A program made the position numbers and the translations under genes. Shown one piece after another: positions 42,550-55,770 of a DNA stretch of 64,000 nt (position 1 is its first letter; every line of letters starts with the position of its first letter). The DNA lies in assembly GCF_001447785.1 (NCBI RefSeq), contig NW_015176462.1, positions 89,209 through 153,208 on the forward strand, in the 5' to 3' direction. The notes under the pieces are model-generated. The model did not search any database and was not told the origin of the DNA. It saw only the letters and a program-made list of their open reading frames with translations. This DNA comes from Gekko japonicus (taxonomy: Eukaryota).

Positions 42550-43200
42550 GGAACCGAAGATCAGAATGGGCTCCTTCCTCCGTCAACCCTCCAGCATCCC
42601 CGAGCGTGTCCTGAGTGGGAAACGTGAAAACACCCTTTGACGGCCTGCCACACCCTCTTTTCTCTTCAGCCAATCCCTTTGCTCCTTGGCTTTCCTCCGG
42701 CTCCAGATACCGCCCCACGGAGACACTCTCTTGCATTGGTTCCTTCCTCCGAAGGGGAGGAGGAGAACGAGAGAGCAGGAGCAGTCCCCTCGCCTGGGGT
42801 GGGGGGATGGCTGCTCTGGAGTCACCGTCGCCGTCTGCTGCTCAACTTTCCTGCGGGGCTTAAATTCCCCGATCTCTTCATCCCTCTTTTTCCGTGGCTG
42901 GGGAGAAACTACATGGCGCTTCACAGGTAATCCGATCTCTTTTCCACCACGTTTACAGCTTGCTGCTCTTCGCGTGCAAACCCAGCGAGGCAGGTGGAAA
43001 GTGCCCGAGGGAGAAGCGGCGGCGGCGGCGAGCATTCGTATAAGGAAAGTCTGCCTGCAATCTCTTCAGCAGCCCTGAGGAAACTGTAGGTAAGACAACA
43101 TGACCTTTTCCTATGTAAATAGAGACACGTACCGATCCTCTTGAGGGCACTGCCGCTTTAACGGTGCCTTTCGGCGGAAAGTACTATTCCAAGAGCCGGT
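42550..43200 (+). promoter_or_regulatory. STON2: CpG island; probable STON2 promoter and non-coding first exon(s)
   Basis: A CpG-dense segment not attributable to a TE, with a (GGC)n run and splice donors CAG|GTAATC (42926/7) and TAG|GTAAGA (43089/90); lies upstream of the STON2 coding exons. Confidence 0.7.
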
Positions 43201-44652
43201 CTGTGTGACTGACCAGAAAACTGGCCATGCTGCACTCTTGGCAAATCAGAGGCAAGCGTGGGGTCTCCTCCCATCTAAACAAAGACCAGATATTAGCCTC
43301 CCGGCATTCTAAAGTAGCTCTTTGTAACTGGGGTGCCCTAGTGGGGGCGGAGGAGGTGAAAGAAAGAGCATTAGATTTATAGAGGATTTTTTAATTAAAA
43401 TCTTTTTTGTATAAGTCCTGTTAAAAGCCAGATTTGAGAAAGATCTTGGGGGGGAATCAGTGATTGCCTATCCTCTCCCAGTCCTGGGAGAGCAGTGCTT
43501 TCTAGACAGGCTGTGACTTGGATGGGGAGGTTTTCATGGCTCCCCCCAGCAACTGGTTGTTCACCATATGAAACTGGATGCTGAACTAGATGGACCTCTG
43601 ATCCGATAAGACACCTGGTATGTTTTGTTCTCTCCTTGAGTCTGGTGGTTGGATGTCCACCCCCCACACAAACAATAACCTGCCTCAGTATTCCTACATC
43701 AGTTGCACTGTTGCTTACTGTCAGTCACTCTTGGATTTTCAGGCAACCCCTTCAAGCACTTGCTTAAAGGGAAAATGATTATTCCTCTCCCTGTTAACCT
43801 CTCAGTCTCTTTCTTTTTCCTTTTCTGAATGCATTATCTTTCCAGCTGCTAGGAAAATGGGGGTGGGGGTGGCAAATCAATACTGTGTAGAAGGCCCAGT
43901 CATCCCAATACATTCCTTCCTGCTATGCTTAACCTGCCTGAGCAAGTCTACATATATTCTCATAAAGACATTTTTGTGTCATGTGGCATTCCCCCAGTAA
44001 TGGTTACTGGCCCTCCTAGTGTTGTTTGTGTGTTTTAATTGAATTATTTTATAATTTTAACTGTATTTTTAATGGTTTTAATGTTTATGTTAACTGCCTT
44101 GTGGACCCTGATTGGATGAAAGGCAGCATAAAAAATTAAAAATAAATAAATAAATGTTTGGGTGGTATTCCAAAACTGAGAAAAGGTGATTATAGCTTAA
44201 GGTCATGGATCTGTTTGTGCCTATTAAGTAATTAATGGACAGAATGAAAATAAAATCCAGCATGTAGCTTCCAATGTGTTTAGTAAATCCTGATGTGTCT
44301 TCCAGTGTTTTAGTAAAACTGCTGTTGTTGATGTTAAGGCAGCATCAGGGAGCTGGGTTTTTTGGGAGGAGGGCTATAAGGGCAGCTGAATGAGTGAAAA
44401 TTGGAACAGTAATCTGCTCTCAAGCCATCATTCTCTTGCACAACTCTTGTTCACTTCAATAGGGCCTGTGCTGGAGAACTCCCTGGTATGCTGTGCCCTC
44501 AATGTTGGTGGAAAGAGGGGTTTCAGTCTGGGGCTATTTGTCGCACTACTTGTCCTATGAAATAGTCCTTACTTGTACTATGAGGTAGACCATTTGTGTC
44601 CTTTCTGAAAATAAGTGAAAAATTTGATATGGAAAAAATAAGACTTGTGTAT

Positions 44653-45002
44653 GCTGCGGTGGCTCAAGTGGTTAAGACGCTGAACTGCAGGCTGTAGAAG
44701 GTAGGAAGTTCAGCGGTTCAAGACCCGGGTGCCGCAAGACAGGGTGAGCTCCCGTCTCTAGTTCCAGCTCCTGCCAACCTAGCAGTTCGAAAGCAAGAAA
44801 TTGCAAGTAGATAAATAGGGACCACTTCGGTGGGAAGGTAACAGCGTTCCATGCACCTTGGTGTTTAGTCATGCCGGCCACATGACCACGGAAACGTCTT
44901 CGGACAGCGCTGGCTTTTCGGCTTTGAAACGGAGATGAGCACCGCAACCCTACAGTCGGATTCGACTGGCTTTCGAGCAAGGGAACCTTTACCTTTACCT
45001 TT
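44653..45002 (+). mobile_element. Full-length Sauria SINE
   Basis: tRNA-like head, characteristic CTCCTGCCAACCTAGCAGTTCGAAAGC and GTAGATAAATAGGGACC core, (ACCTTT)n tail. Confidence 0.9.
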
Positions 45003-45110
45003 TATGCTTTTCAGAGAAAATGCTGCTGCCCTTCTCCAGAGTTTACAAGTTTTGCTGTATCAGCTATTACTCCTCTTATTTAATACTCTCTTGTAATCAA
45101 AAAAATCAAA

Positions 45111-45723
45111 GGAGAGCCAGTTTGGTGTAGTGGTTAAGTGTGCGGACTCTGATCTGGGAGAACCGGGTTTGATTCCCCCCTCCTCCCCTTGCACCTGCTG
45201 ATGTGACCTTGGGTCAGTCACAAGCTCTGGCACAGATGTCCTTGAAAAAGAGCAGTTTGTGTCAGAGTTCTCTCAGCCCCCCCCACCTCACAGGGCATCT
45301 GTTGTGGGGAGGGGAAGGGAAAGGAGTTTGTAAGCCGCTCTGAGACACCTTTGGGTAGTGAAGGGCAGGGTATAAATCCCAGGGCTCTAGTCGGGGGGGA
45401 GCTCTCAGGTACGGAGCCCCGGAAGAGAACCTCTAGGGGGCGGGGCGGTCACGTGGTGAAGCCCCGCCCCCTTCTTTACCCCGCCCTCTGCTTCGATCCT
45501 CATTCCGTTTGGGAATGAGGATGAAGCAGGAGGGTAAGTAGCCGGGCCTTCTGACACACTTCCGGTGATGTCAGGGGGTGTGGCCTTCTGTCACTTCCGG
45601 TGATGTCGGGGGCGTGGCATATGCAAATAAGTTATGCTAATGAGTTATGCTAATGAGCTCCGGCAGCTCTTTTTCTACAACAAGACCCCTGATAAATCCA
45701 ATCTCTTCTTCTTCTTCTTCTTC
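45111..45723 (+). mobile_element. Squam3-like SINE interrupted by a MITE
   Basis: Head at 45111; the (TTC)n tail resumes after 45699. An uninterrupted sister copy lies at 60739-61037. Confidence 0.85.
45380..45691. mobile_element. hAT MITE family B nested in the SINE
   Basis: CAGGG...CCCTG termini; 8-bp TSD ATAAATCC (45372-45379 / 45692-45699). Confidence 0.85.
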
Positions 45724-46048
45724 AAAATAGGGAGAATAGGGCTTTAGAAGGAAGCAGTTAGTACTGCATTGTGCTGGTGGAAGAAGAGTCCATGACATGG
45801 ATTAGCTGAGCTGTTGTGGTGGCATGGAGCATTCTAAAGCTCAAGGGATAAAGTTGAATGTTTGAAATCCAGTTTTCCTGGAGGGAAGGAGAAATTGACA
45901 GTGTGACTGGGTTTCAAGCCTTATACACACTATAGCAACAGTAGCTTTATGAGTCAAAATGAGGTCTGAAAAGACATGCTGGGATGTAAAGAAGATAAGA
46001 GGAAGGGAACCCAGATACATATAGGTTGGCTGAAGGAAGACTGTAGCT

Positions 46049-46463
46049 CAGGGGTGTCAAACATAAGGCCGGGGGCTGGAACTGGCCCGTCCAGGCCCAT
46101 GAGCAACTAGTGCAAGGGAGGGAACAGGAGACTGCTCAAGGGGAATGGGCAGAGCCCCTCTGATCGTGGCCTCAGCACGGTGGAACAACCTCATCTGCTG
46201 CAGTCAAGCAGCATGGGAGCGTCTGCCCAGTGCTGCACTGCTGGGTCTCCAGTCCGCCCATATGGGTTTTCCTTTGCAACCCCTCCCAGCCCATGGGGCC
46301 TTGCAGTGAGGATAGAACAACTCAGAGCTTACCAGCTGCTGTCCTTTATACAGCGTCTACCTCCAGTACCTGGCATTAAGTTTTATGGCACACATGGCCT
46401 GGCCCAACAAAGTGACATTTATGTCAGATCTGGCCCTTGTAACAAGTGAGTTCGACACCTCTA
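46049..46463. mobile_element. hAT-Charlie-like MITE
   Basis: TIRs CAGGGGTGTCAAAC / GTTCGACACCTCTA; 8-bp TSD CTGTAGCT. Confidence 0.85.
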
Positions 46464-46939
46464 CTGTAGCTAACGAAAGGCAGGTGAACAGGCCTTGAGA
46501 AAAATGACAGAGGAAATGGGGAATTGATACAGAAAAAAATCTTTGTAGCAGAAGTGAGATAAAGCTGAAGATCACTTTCCAGCCAAGGAATTTTTTTTAA
46601 ATCAAAGTTTGTAGTTTCCCTTTGTTTTTATGTAGAACACTTTATCAGCTTTTATGGAAGGAGGCCTAATGCCTTACTAAAGGGAGTGGTATAGCTGCTT
46701 GAGGAAATTATCCTTTCAGCCACTTCAAAGCATCTTCTAGGTTTCAGAGACCATTCAGCTACTTGTGTATATTTGTGTGTGTATTTGTGTGTACATCCCC
46801 AAAAGGGAGCCAGCAAGGCCTACCCTTTTATGTCGCTAGGCAACAGGTTACAGAGTATATGGAACTTGTCTCTTTAAGAGACAGGCTTAGGTCTTAAGTG
46901 GAACTCCCTCTTGTCACATGAATGGGTGTGTCGTCTGGG

Positions 46940-47385
46940 CAGGGGTCATTTCGTAGAAAAAGAGCTAGGGGAACTCATTAGCATATGCCACACCCCCTGG
47001 CATCACCGGAAGTGTGTCATAAGGCCACACCCCCTGACATCACCGGAAGTGTGTCATGAGGCCACACACGGTCCCGGCCGCCACCGCCGACCTTGCAGCT
47101 CCACTGCCGAGCCCCATGAGGGGCCCGGCGGTGGACCTGCAAGGCTGGTGGGAGTGCAAGGAAGCCCCACGAAGGCCCTCCCTGGCCCCAGGCAGGCAGG
47201 GAGGGGTGGGGAGAGGCAGGGAGGAAGCAACTTACCCTTCCTCTTCTCCTGCCTCCTCCTGGTTGAATGAGGGCCGGAAGCAGGGCGGCCGGAAGCAGGG
47301 GGCGGGGCTTCGTCATGTGCCCCGCCCCCCGTACCTCACCCGGGGGAACTGCGATCTCCCGCGATCCCCCCCGAAATGACCTCTG
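46940..47385. mobile_element. hAT MITE family B
   Basis: TIRs CAGGGGTCATTTCG / CGAAATGACCTCTG; 8-bp TSD CGTCTGGG. Confidence 0.9.
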
Positions 47386-49314
47386 CGTCTGGGATATACT
47401 AGCTGGAACTGGGTTGTTGGGAGTCAGGACTCCAGCCCTGCCTTGCTGTTCTGCACATTAAAGAAGGGTTTGAAGACATTCTGCCTGCTCGGTCTCTCTG
47501 GCCTTAGGGCAGACCATTTGCCCACCTCCACAGTGAGTACACTTTACAAAGGAGACAACAGCACCCCCTCATCCAGCAGCATACTTGAACCTGTAGCTTC
47601 TTGGTGTTTCTTATGTGCTCCCAAATCACTTAAAAAAGTATCACAACATAGTACAAGGGAAGATGCCATTGGGTCTTGGGTTGCCATAATTCCACAGTTA
47701 TCAGTTGTGTGAAATGCAGACACTTTGCCTCATGATAGCAGTCCTGTTGTGGGGAAGGGTCCCCTCCTCAAGACTGTAGTTTTGTTGCTGGGGAATTGCT
47801 TCCCCCACACATACAGTCAGTTCTGAGTACTGTGTGAGCACCATCCACCTACGGAATATCTTATGGGCACTTTCTCTGGAACAGCCCGGTCATCTCTTGC
47901 CAAGTGGCAAGGAGGATTTCATGTAGGATTGCCAACTTCCGCTTGGGAAATACCTGGACACTTGGGGGTGGGGCCTGGGAAGGGTGGGATTTGGTGAGGG
48001 GAGGGACTTCAGTGGGGTATAATGCCACAGAGACATTTTGTCCAGGGAAACTGTTGTCTGGAGATCAGTAGTAATCCTGGGAGACCTCCAGCCCCCGCCT
48101 GCCACTTGGCAACCCTAATTTTGCCATATGTCCACTGCAATGTAAAATAGTAACATGGCCCTCTAATCATCTGTTCCCTGAGAGTTTTCATTTAGATGCT
48201 ATAAATATAAGCTATTATGATTATTTTTCCATTCCTAACTAAGATAGCTTTTAGATCAAGGCCTCTTCGAAGCCAATTGATTATGTAACTGTGAGCTAGA
48301 TGTGTCATTTGACAGACTGCTTGATTTAAAGACTTCCCCCAGACAGTGTGAGGCAGCTTTCAGCTAAACAAGATCTCATAGAATATGGTGCTGCAAATTT
48401 ATATTTTATAACAGGGTGATTATACGCTTTTCTCTCTTTTTGTTTTGTTCAGTGAAACTGAAGAAAAATCTTTCACTTGTGGGAATAAATGGGCTCTTGT
48501 TTACTATTAGAGCTGACTTTTCACTTGCAGAAGAAACGTTTGGTCCTGGCATGAAAAGAGAAGTTGGGTTAGAATTGTAAATTAAAGAAAAGAATGAGTC
48601 ACTGGGAGAATACAAGGAGCACTGCCATTTAGAAAGAGAAATCATTATCCTGGACGTATCCCCATTTCTCTAATGACCGCACTACCCCTTTCTACACATT
48701 TTGAATCCATTCTGTTTGTATTCCCCGGCCCAGATCTCCTAACCATTGCAAATTATCTAAAACCAAGTGCAGAAGCTAATGGTAGCTTGTGGATTTATTG
48801 CTTACAGATATTAGTGTTGTACCTGATGTCACAGCTGAATCCTTGCTATACAGTTACTTCTGTGGTGAAGGTGGAAAACTGGGGTGTATTACTATCTAAC
48901 ATTAATCTCACTGAGCAACCCGGGGTCTCAAAAATGAGACTGGTTTCCTCAAAAGGTGACAAGACTTTTGTCTGCCAGAGGAATAGGAACCTGGTTCTCA
49001 TTTCAGGCTATACACGAGGGAGAGCGAACAAGCTCTTGTGTTCTTCCACTGGGATGACCTACAGACCCAGGTGCTTTGCACAGGTTTAGAGCAGATTAAA
49101 AAGCCAGGTTTGGCATGTCGGTAAGCAGAATCCTTCTGATCCCAGCAATAGAGAGGAAACCTTGTTTGAGCCTGCATATTCACAGGTTAGGCAACTACAG
49201 AAATCATATAAGTCTCTTGCTGTGCAGTTACATAATGGGCAAATACTTTGCACATAAATAATGAAGCAGTGGTGTTAGCAAAGATTGTGTGTTTCAAATA
49301 GGGTCTCTGTTGAA

Positions 49315-49407
49315 CTGAAATGGAATGAAATAAATGGAATGAAATAAATGGAATGAAATGGAAATAAATAAATAAATAAATAAATAAATGGAATGAAATA
49401 AATAAAT
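49315..49407. repeat. Compound microsatellite (GGAATGAAATAAAT)n/(AAAT)n
   Basis: Seen directly in the sequence. Confidence 0.85.
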
Positions 49408-50770
49408 TTCCTTTGAAATGGCTCAAGCTGTATAGGATCCAGCCAGGATCCTGTTGACTGTTTCAAAAAGGAATCCTTGCTGTGGAATGATGTGGTGTGA
49501 TTCTCATCCTACTTAACATACTGCAACTCCCGGTTAAATCCCCTCTTATGTGACTTGTTACCTTATCTTGGTGCACAGCTGCTTAAATAGATTCACAACA
49601 GAGTTGTACAACACCTTAAAGGAACATATTGTACTATAAGCTTTTTTGGTCATGTGCATTTGATGGTTAGCTCTGGTGCATATCTCTCAACAGGCCTCCT
49701 TCTGGACCTAGGGATATCAGCCTCCAGGTTGGGGGGGATATATATATATATATAATGGTGTCCTCCAGGAGCTCTGCCTTTGGACACTATGCCTCTTAAC
49801 TTCTGTTCCTCACTTATTTACCTAACTTTCCCATATCGGCCCTAGTAACAGGAAGAGCAGTGTGAGGTTTTCCTCAGTGAAACTGACCTTTCACTTGAAC
49901 TTAGAGGTATATTCTAGCAGAAATTCTGTTGCTGACAATTTTCCTCAGCAGATATTATGGTTATGAATATTCCAAGATATATTAGCTCAGTCAGTCGGTG
50001 CTAGATACTTTGCCACCACTGCAAAGCCCCTAACCTCATTATAATATAGATTGATACAAATATTAACCATGTGGTGATTCCATTAAATTCTTCCTGCAGC
50101 AGCTCCATCCAAGGAAAGCTGGTTATTTATAGACTCTGCCCGCACTGTGAGTTAGAGATTTTCACATTCTCACAATCGGAGTATGATTTGGTCTGTTTGG
50201 CCACAGGCAATGAACAGTCAGCTCTCCATACAGTTAGACCCACCATGAGATCATGCATGCATCCACAATAAATACTTGTGTGAATCCATCCATAGTAGGT
50301 CAGTGTGATGAGTTGACATGTCCTTTAGCCAACCCCCTTCAGAGATGGAAGGCAGGGGCTATTATCCTGGGGCAATCACCAACAAAATCTTGTGAGCCAA
50401 GAGCCATTGTTTATCTAATGTCTAGTAATGTAGCTCCCTTGTATAGCTTTTGGTTCATAGTTGTGGGTTTAGCAATCTTTATTTTACTTCTGTGATGACT
50501 GAAGTGATACAAATTGGAATTCTACAATATTTGCAATGGAATTTCCACTGAGACACAAGCGCTCCATACAATACAGCATCCATTGTGCAACACTAAAGGG
50601 CACCGCACACACTATATAATACAGCATCCACACTTCCTCACTATCAGTGCAATCCTAAACAGAATTACACCATTCTAAGCCCACTGGCTTCGTCATGGAA
50701 GGTTGTAACTCTGTTTAGGATGGCAATGCCAGGGTGTTAGTTGCTGCCAACCTTTACTAAATTAGTACCT

Positions 50771-50998
50771 AGAGCCAGCATGGTGTAGTGGACTCTAATC
50801 TGGAGAACTGAGTTTGATTCCCCACTCTACCACATGAAGCCTGCTGGGTGACCTTGGGCCTGTCACAGTTCTCTCAGAACTTTCTCAGCCCCACCTACAT
50901 CACAGCTTGTTGTGGGGAGAGGAGGGGAAGGTGACTATAAGCTGCTTTAAAACTCCTTAGGGTAGAAAAAAGCAGGGTATAAAAACCAACTCTTCTTC
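50771..50998 (+). mobile_element. Squam3-like SINE
   Basis: AGAGCCAGCATGGTGTAGTGG head; CTT tail. Confidence 0.8.
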
Positions 50999-51219
50999 TA
51001 ATAGTAGGGCCTGGTGTCAACAGTCTTTCTTTGGTAGACGAATTACAGAATGTTGAACACCTCAGATGACTTGTAGCTGTTGGTACACAAACGGGAGTTT
51101 CTGCCTTAGTAGTTAAAATGCATCATTTACCCAAAATATTCCCTTGGAATCTGTCTTTAGGTTTGAATTCACAGAAACATATCCACCTTTTGATGACTGC
51201 CATCTCAAGTGATCTCTTG

Positions 51220-51349
51220 GGCTGTGGTCACACACACTAAATAATCCACTTTCAATCCACTTTCCCACTGGATTTTGCCAGTTCACACAGTAAAAATCCA
51301 GTTGGAAAGTGCACTGGAAGTGGATTATTTAGTGTGTGTGACCGCAGCC
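51220..51349. mobile_element. Palindromic Harbinger-like MITE (second copy)
   Basis: Homologous to 11478-11625; flanks TTG/TTA. Confidence 0.7.
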
Positions 51350-51650
51350 TTATTTATTAAATATATTTATATCTTCCCTTTCCCAAAGGCTTAAGGTAGT
51401 TTACACATTTGTCTTGCAACTGATTAAGCCTATCACATGATATCACCTTAAACATGATGGTCTGTATTCAACCACATTAAGAAAAAGGAAGTGTTGCTTT
51501 CCCACAGTATACTTGCCCCATGTATATGCTGTTCCTATGGGACTGCTGACCTCCCAGGAACAAGATTTCAGGAGGGAAGAATTAGATCACTACCCCCTCA
51601 AGAAAATGTACAGGCACATAAGTTATCTTAATTGTATGGCTGGATAAAAA

Positions 51651-51805
51651 GTAAAGGTAAAGGTTCCCTTGCTCGAAAGCCAGTCGAATCCGACTCTAGG
51701 GTTGCGGTGCTCATCTCCGTTTTAAACCCGAAGAGCCAGCGCTGTCTGAAGACATTTCCGTGGTCATGTGGCCGGCATGACTAAACACCAAGGTGCACGG
51801 AACGC
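51651..51805 (-). mobile_element. Sauria SINE 3' fragment
   Basis: Reverse complement of the 3' half of 44653-45002. Confidence 0.85.
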
Positions 51806-52534
51806 TGGATACAGGCCAATATTTTCAGAGTGGGCAGTTCAAACATGTAGGCAGTTAGCTACACATTACTGGGTGTCATACATAGGCATGCGAAGTGGCC
51901 ATCAGAGATTTGATCATTAATTCTGTGGCAACTTGGGTAAAGTGTAAGCCATGCAGCTCTGCTCAGCTTGCTATTTAAAATGGACACACACAAACACTTG
52001 GATGCACAGCTGAATGCTGCAAACACATCCTCGGTTTTTGTTGCATCCAAAGAGCCTCTGTTTCCATCAACCTTCATTCTATCCCATCCTTCCTCTAAGA
52101 CCCTGTGTGCAATGTACATGGTTCTTTTCTCCCCATATATCCTCATAACTATCCTACAAAAGCTGGCTAAGTTTGAGAGAGATTGACTGACACAAAATCA
52201 CCCAGGGAGCTTTATGGCTGAATGGGGATTTGAACCTTCTCACTCATAGGCCAGCCATACCTGCTCTGTAGAAAAGTCTGTTGAGCAAATTTGTTGGGTC
52301 TTTGTCAAAGTAAACAACAAAGAAGAGTTGAAATGTCATAGGTCTGGAGTAGGGTTGCCAGGCCTGGCCTGTCAACCAGCAGGAGACTGGGTGGGACATG
52401 GACATGGGGGGCAGGTGTCAGCAACAACATGTTGTCACTTCCAGGAACTGATGTCACACCCCTCTTCGAATCGCAGGAATGTCTGTGGTAAAATCATAGC
52501 GTGCCTGCTGATTGTAAGAGGCCTAACATCCTTA

Positions 52535-53620
52535 TTTAGTTTTATTTATTTATTATTTGTATTTATATCCTGCCCATCCCGCGGACAGGCTCAGGGCGGG
52601 TAACATCCAGTGTTCCCTCTAAATTGAGTTAGTGTGAGCTAGCTCACAGTCTTTTAGCCTCTGGCCCACACATTTTTGTCTTAGCTCAGGAAGGAGGGCT
52701 CCAGAGCAAACTAATTTATGTAGTAGCCAAATCGCTCGCTCACAACTTTAATGCCAGTAGCTCACAGAGTAGAATTTTTGCTCACAAGTGTAGACTCCAC
52801 AGCTTAGAGGGAACATTGGTAACATCAGTATAATAAATACAGTTACAATTTAAAACACAATATAAGCATTAAAACAATAGGTACAACTTAAAAACAGATG
52901 TCAGCTGGCTATTAAAATTCTGGCCCAATGGTACAGATGGAATAAAGGCCAGTGGTCAGTGGGTGGGTGGGTGACAGCAACCTCATGGAGGTCATATGTG
53001 GGCGCCTGCTGCCTCAGCCAAAGGCCTGGCGGAACAGGTCCATCTTGCAGGCCCTGCAGAATTGAAGAAGTTCCTGCAGGGCCCTGATCTCTATAGGGAG
53101 CACGTTCCACCAGGCTGGGGCGAGGACAGAAAAAGCCCTGACCCCTGGCCGAGGCAAGGCGGACATCCCTCGGGCTAGGGACCACCAGGAGATGTTGATC
53201 TTTAGAGCATAACGCTCTTTGAGGTGTATATGGGGAAAGGCAGTCCCAGGCTGTATGAGGCTTTAAAGGTCATACCCAGCACCTTGAAGCAAAACCAGTA
53301 CTTAACTGGCAACCAATGCAGTTGGTGGAGCACATTCCTAACATGAACCTCCACAGGTGTTAACGTCAGCAGGCACGATGCTGCATTCTGCACCAGCCGT
53401 AATTTCCGGATCAGCCTCAAGGGTAAGCCTGCATACAGCGAGTTGCAGTAATCAAGTCCGGAAGTGACCATCTTGGGGGGGAAAGATAGGGCTTCAGTAA
53501 CCTGATCTGCGTGAGATGGAAAAACGCAGATCTGGCAACTGGCAACCTGGGCCTCTGTAGAAAGAGAGGCATCCTGTGTCACTCCCAGACTCCTCACTGT
53601 CTGGGCCGGCACCAAAGGTG
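52535..53620 (-). mobile_element. L2 LINE 3' fragment (with nested MITE)
   Basis: Minus-strand peptide 'LDYCNSLYAGLP...LVQNAA...LHWLPV' is typical of L2 ORF2. Confidence 0.85.
52608..52818. mobile_element. hAT MITE family A, copy 3 (inside the L2 tail)
   Basis: Same TIRs; 8-bp TSD GTAACATC. Confidence 0.9.
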
Positions 53621-55189
53621 TCCTCCCCATATTCCACCCCTAAAATCCTATCCCAGAGCTGGTAACCCAGTATCCCACAGCAGCAGCATTTTGTAGATGT
53701 CAGGCACCACAACGAATACTGCTGGTGTTAATGTCTGCTGCTGGGTAAGTCTTAAGAGTAGGGCTGGATCCTGGTGCTGGCAAAAGGGGAAGAGTTGTCT
53801 TTAAATAGTAGCACTGGGACTGTGTCACCCAACCCTGCACCGGAGTGATTCATAGGGTCATTAGGGTCTTGCTCACATATTATGAGACAGTTTCTGCGGT
53901 TGGGTGCTATTCCAGCCAACACAAAGGGATGCTTTCACAGTGTCAATGAGACACCCATTCCTTGTTCAGGCTTTTTAACATGACATGAAGAGCACAATTG
54001 AAATGCTATCTGTGCCATCAGGCAAGCTACTCACTAGAGCCAGAAAGTAAACAGGAATGATACCAACAAAAGCTACTGAATACCATTTTTTAAAAATCAA
54101 GACCAATGTTCAGGCTTCTGAGGTCTCCAGGAATTCTTCATCCAGTTGAATGTTAAACTGGGGGAGGGATGTGTTTCAAGCCACAATCTGTATTCTATAA
54201 GTACTCAATAAAAAGCAACCAAGCAGCCTGCCCAATTACACAGCAGATAATCTTTTTAACTCTTAGCCTTGATCAGTTCATGGGAGGAGTGTGCATGGTG
54301 TTAATGTCTGCCGGGAGTAGACTGGGGGTGATATGAGGTAAATGTTGTCCAGCTGAATGGAAAACAGATTTACCTCAGCCATCGCCTGTCTTCCTCTTTC
54401 CTTCCAGATGCTTTTCAAAAGCATTTTTTTTTGTTTTTAAAGCAATATCCTGGTTTTGGTGAGTGTTTAACTCTAGACAAAGTGTTTTGCTTCTTCATTA
54501 TCTGCCCCTTTTCAGATTTCTTTCAGTTATTTCTTAGTGAGACAGAGAAGAGGTCAATATCCTGCTATTTAAAAATGACTCAAGTTACAGATATTTAAGC
54601 ATGCCAGAAGTGAACAGTTTGTTTGGTCAGGTGGGAAAAACAACAAAATATTGAGGTCAGTCTATCCCTCCCTGCCTCAAGGGCAAAGGCAAATAGAACA
54701 CAAAAATGTCTGTGACCTTAAATGTCTTTGGATGGTGGTCACTGTCCTGACTTGTTTCAAACACTGTGTGTTCCTGAAACCTTCCCCCCTTCCACACACA
54801 CAATAGATTTACATTCTAAAACATTTTAAAGCTTCCATGGGAAAAGGGGGTGAAAGTGACCAACTCTAAACTTCATAACTGTGAAGAAATCCTGCCAACT
54901 TACTTTCCTGCCAGGGACAAGGAAGCTGTATAAGGAATGAGAATGTGGAGGGGGGAAGGAGTGGAAGATTACCAACAGGGCTTAATTTGAGCCAGAGTTC
55001 ATCAGAGCCCTGCCCTAGAATCTGTTTTCAATGCCATGGCTTAAGGCCAAATTACATGTGATGTTAGGGAATCGGGACTGGATCCCTGATGCATAACTTA
55101 CCCTCACAAAACAGCTGCAAGAGCTGGAGGGGGGGGTGTTTGTTAGGAATCGGTGCCATGATGTTGGGAAAGATCATTTTTGTTTGTTT

Positions 55190-55770
55190 TCATCTTGTTT
55201 ATTTTATTTATTTATTTATTGGGTTTCTATCCTGCCCTCCCTGTGAACGGGCTCAGGGCGGCTTACAGCTAAAGGCACTATGTGCCAGAGTACATAAAAC
55301 CTATAAAACCAGATAAAACAACCATATCATTACAATTAAAGTGCTCAACATAGAAATGATCTTCCAATCACATTGAAGATGGCATCCTGTAGATGGACAC
55401 AAGTCCCAATTCAGCTGTATCTGTCTCGTATGTTACTGTGGCTCAATCTCCATATGGGCCAACCAACTACCCCGGTGTTACTAACAATAATAATTGGTGG
55501 TAGTGGTGGGCGGCTCCTAACTAAAAGCCTGGCAGAAGAGCTCCGTCTTGCAGGCCCTATGGAACTGTACAAGGTCTCACAGGGCCCTGATCTCCTCTGG
55601 GAGCTCATTCCACCAGGTAGGAGCCGCCACCGAAAAGGCCCTAGCCCTGGTAGTGGTGAGCCTGGCCTCTTTGGGGCCTGGAATCACTAGCCGGTGTTGT
55701 GCCGCAGACCGTAGTGCTCTCTGGGGTATGTGTGGGGAAAGGTAGTCCCTCAGGTATGTCGGACCCTGGC
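55190..55770 (-). mobile_element. L2 LINE 3' fragment
   Basis: 'GPTYLRDYLSPHIPQRALRS...RAFSVAAPTWWNELP'. Confidence 0.85.

Noticed and set aside
42583-43078. 130-150 aa ORFs in the CpG island
   Set aside because: Stop-poor GC-rich sequence; no homology recognised.
46911-47400. Second CpG island as an independent gene promoter
   Set aside because: The CpG richness lies entirely inside a TSD-bounded MITE, which is treated under findings.
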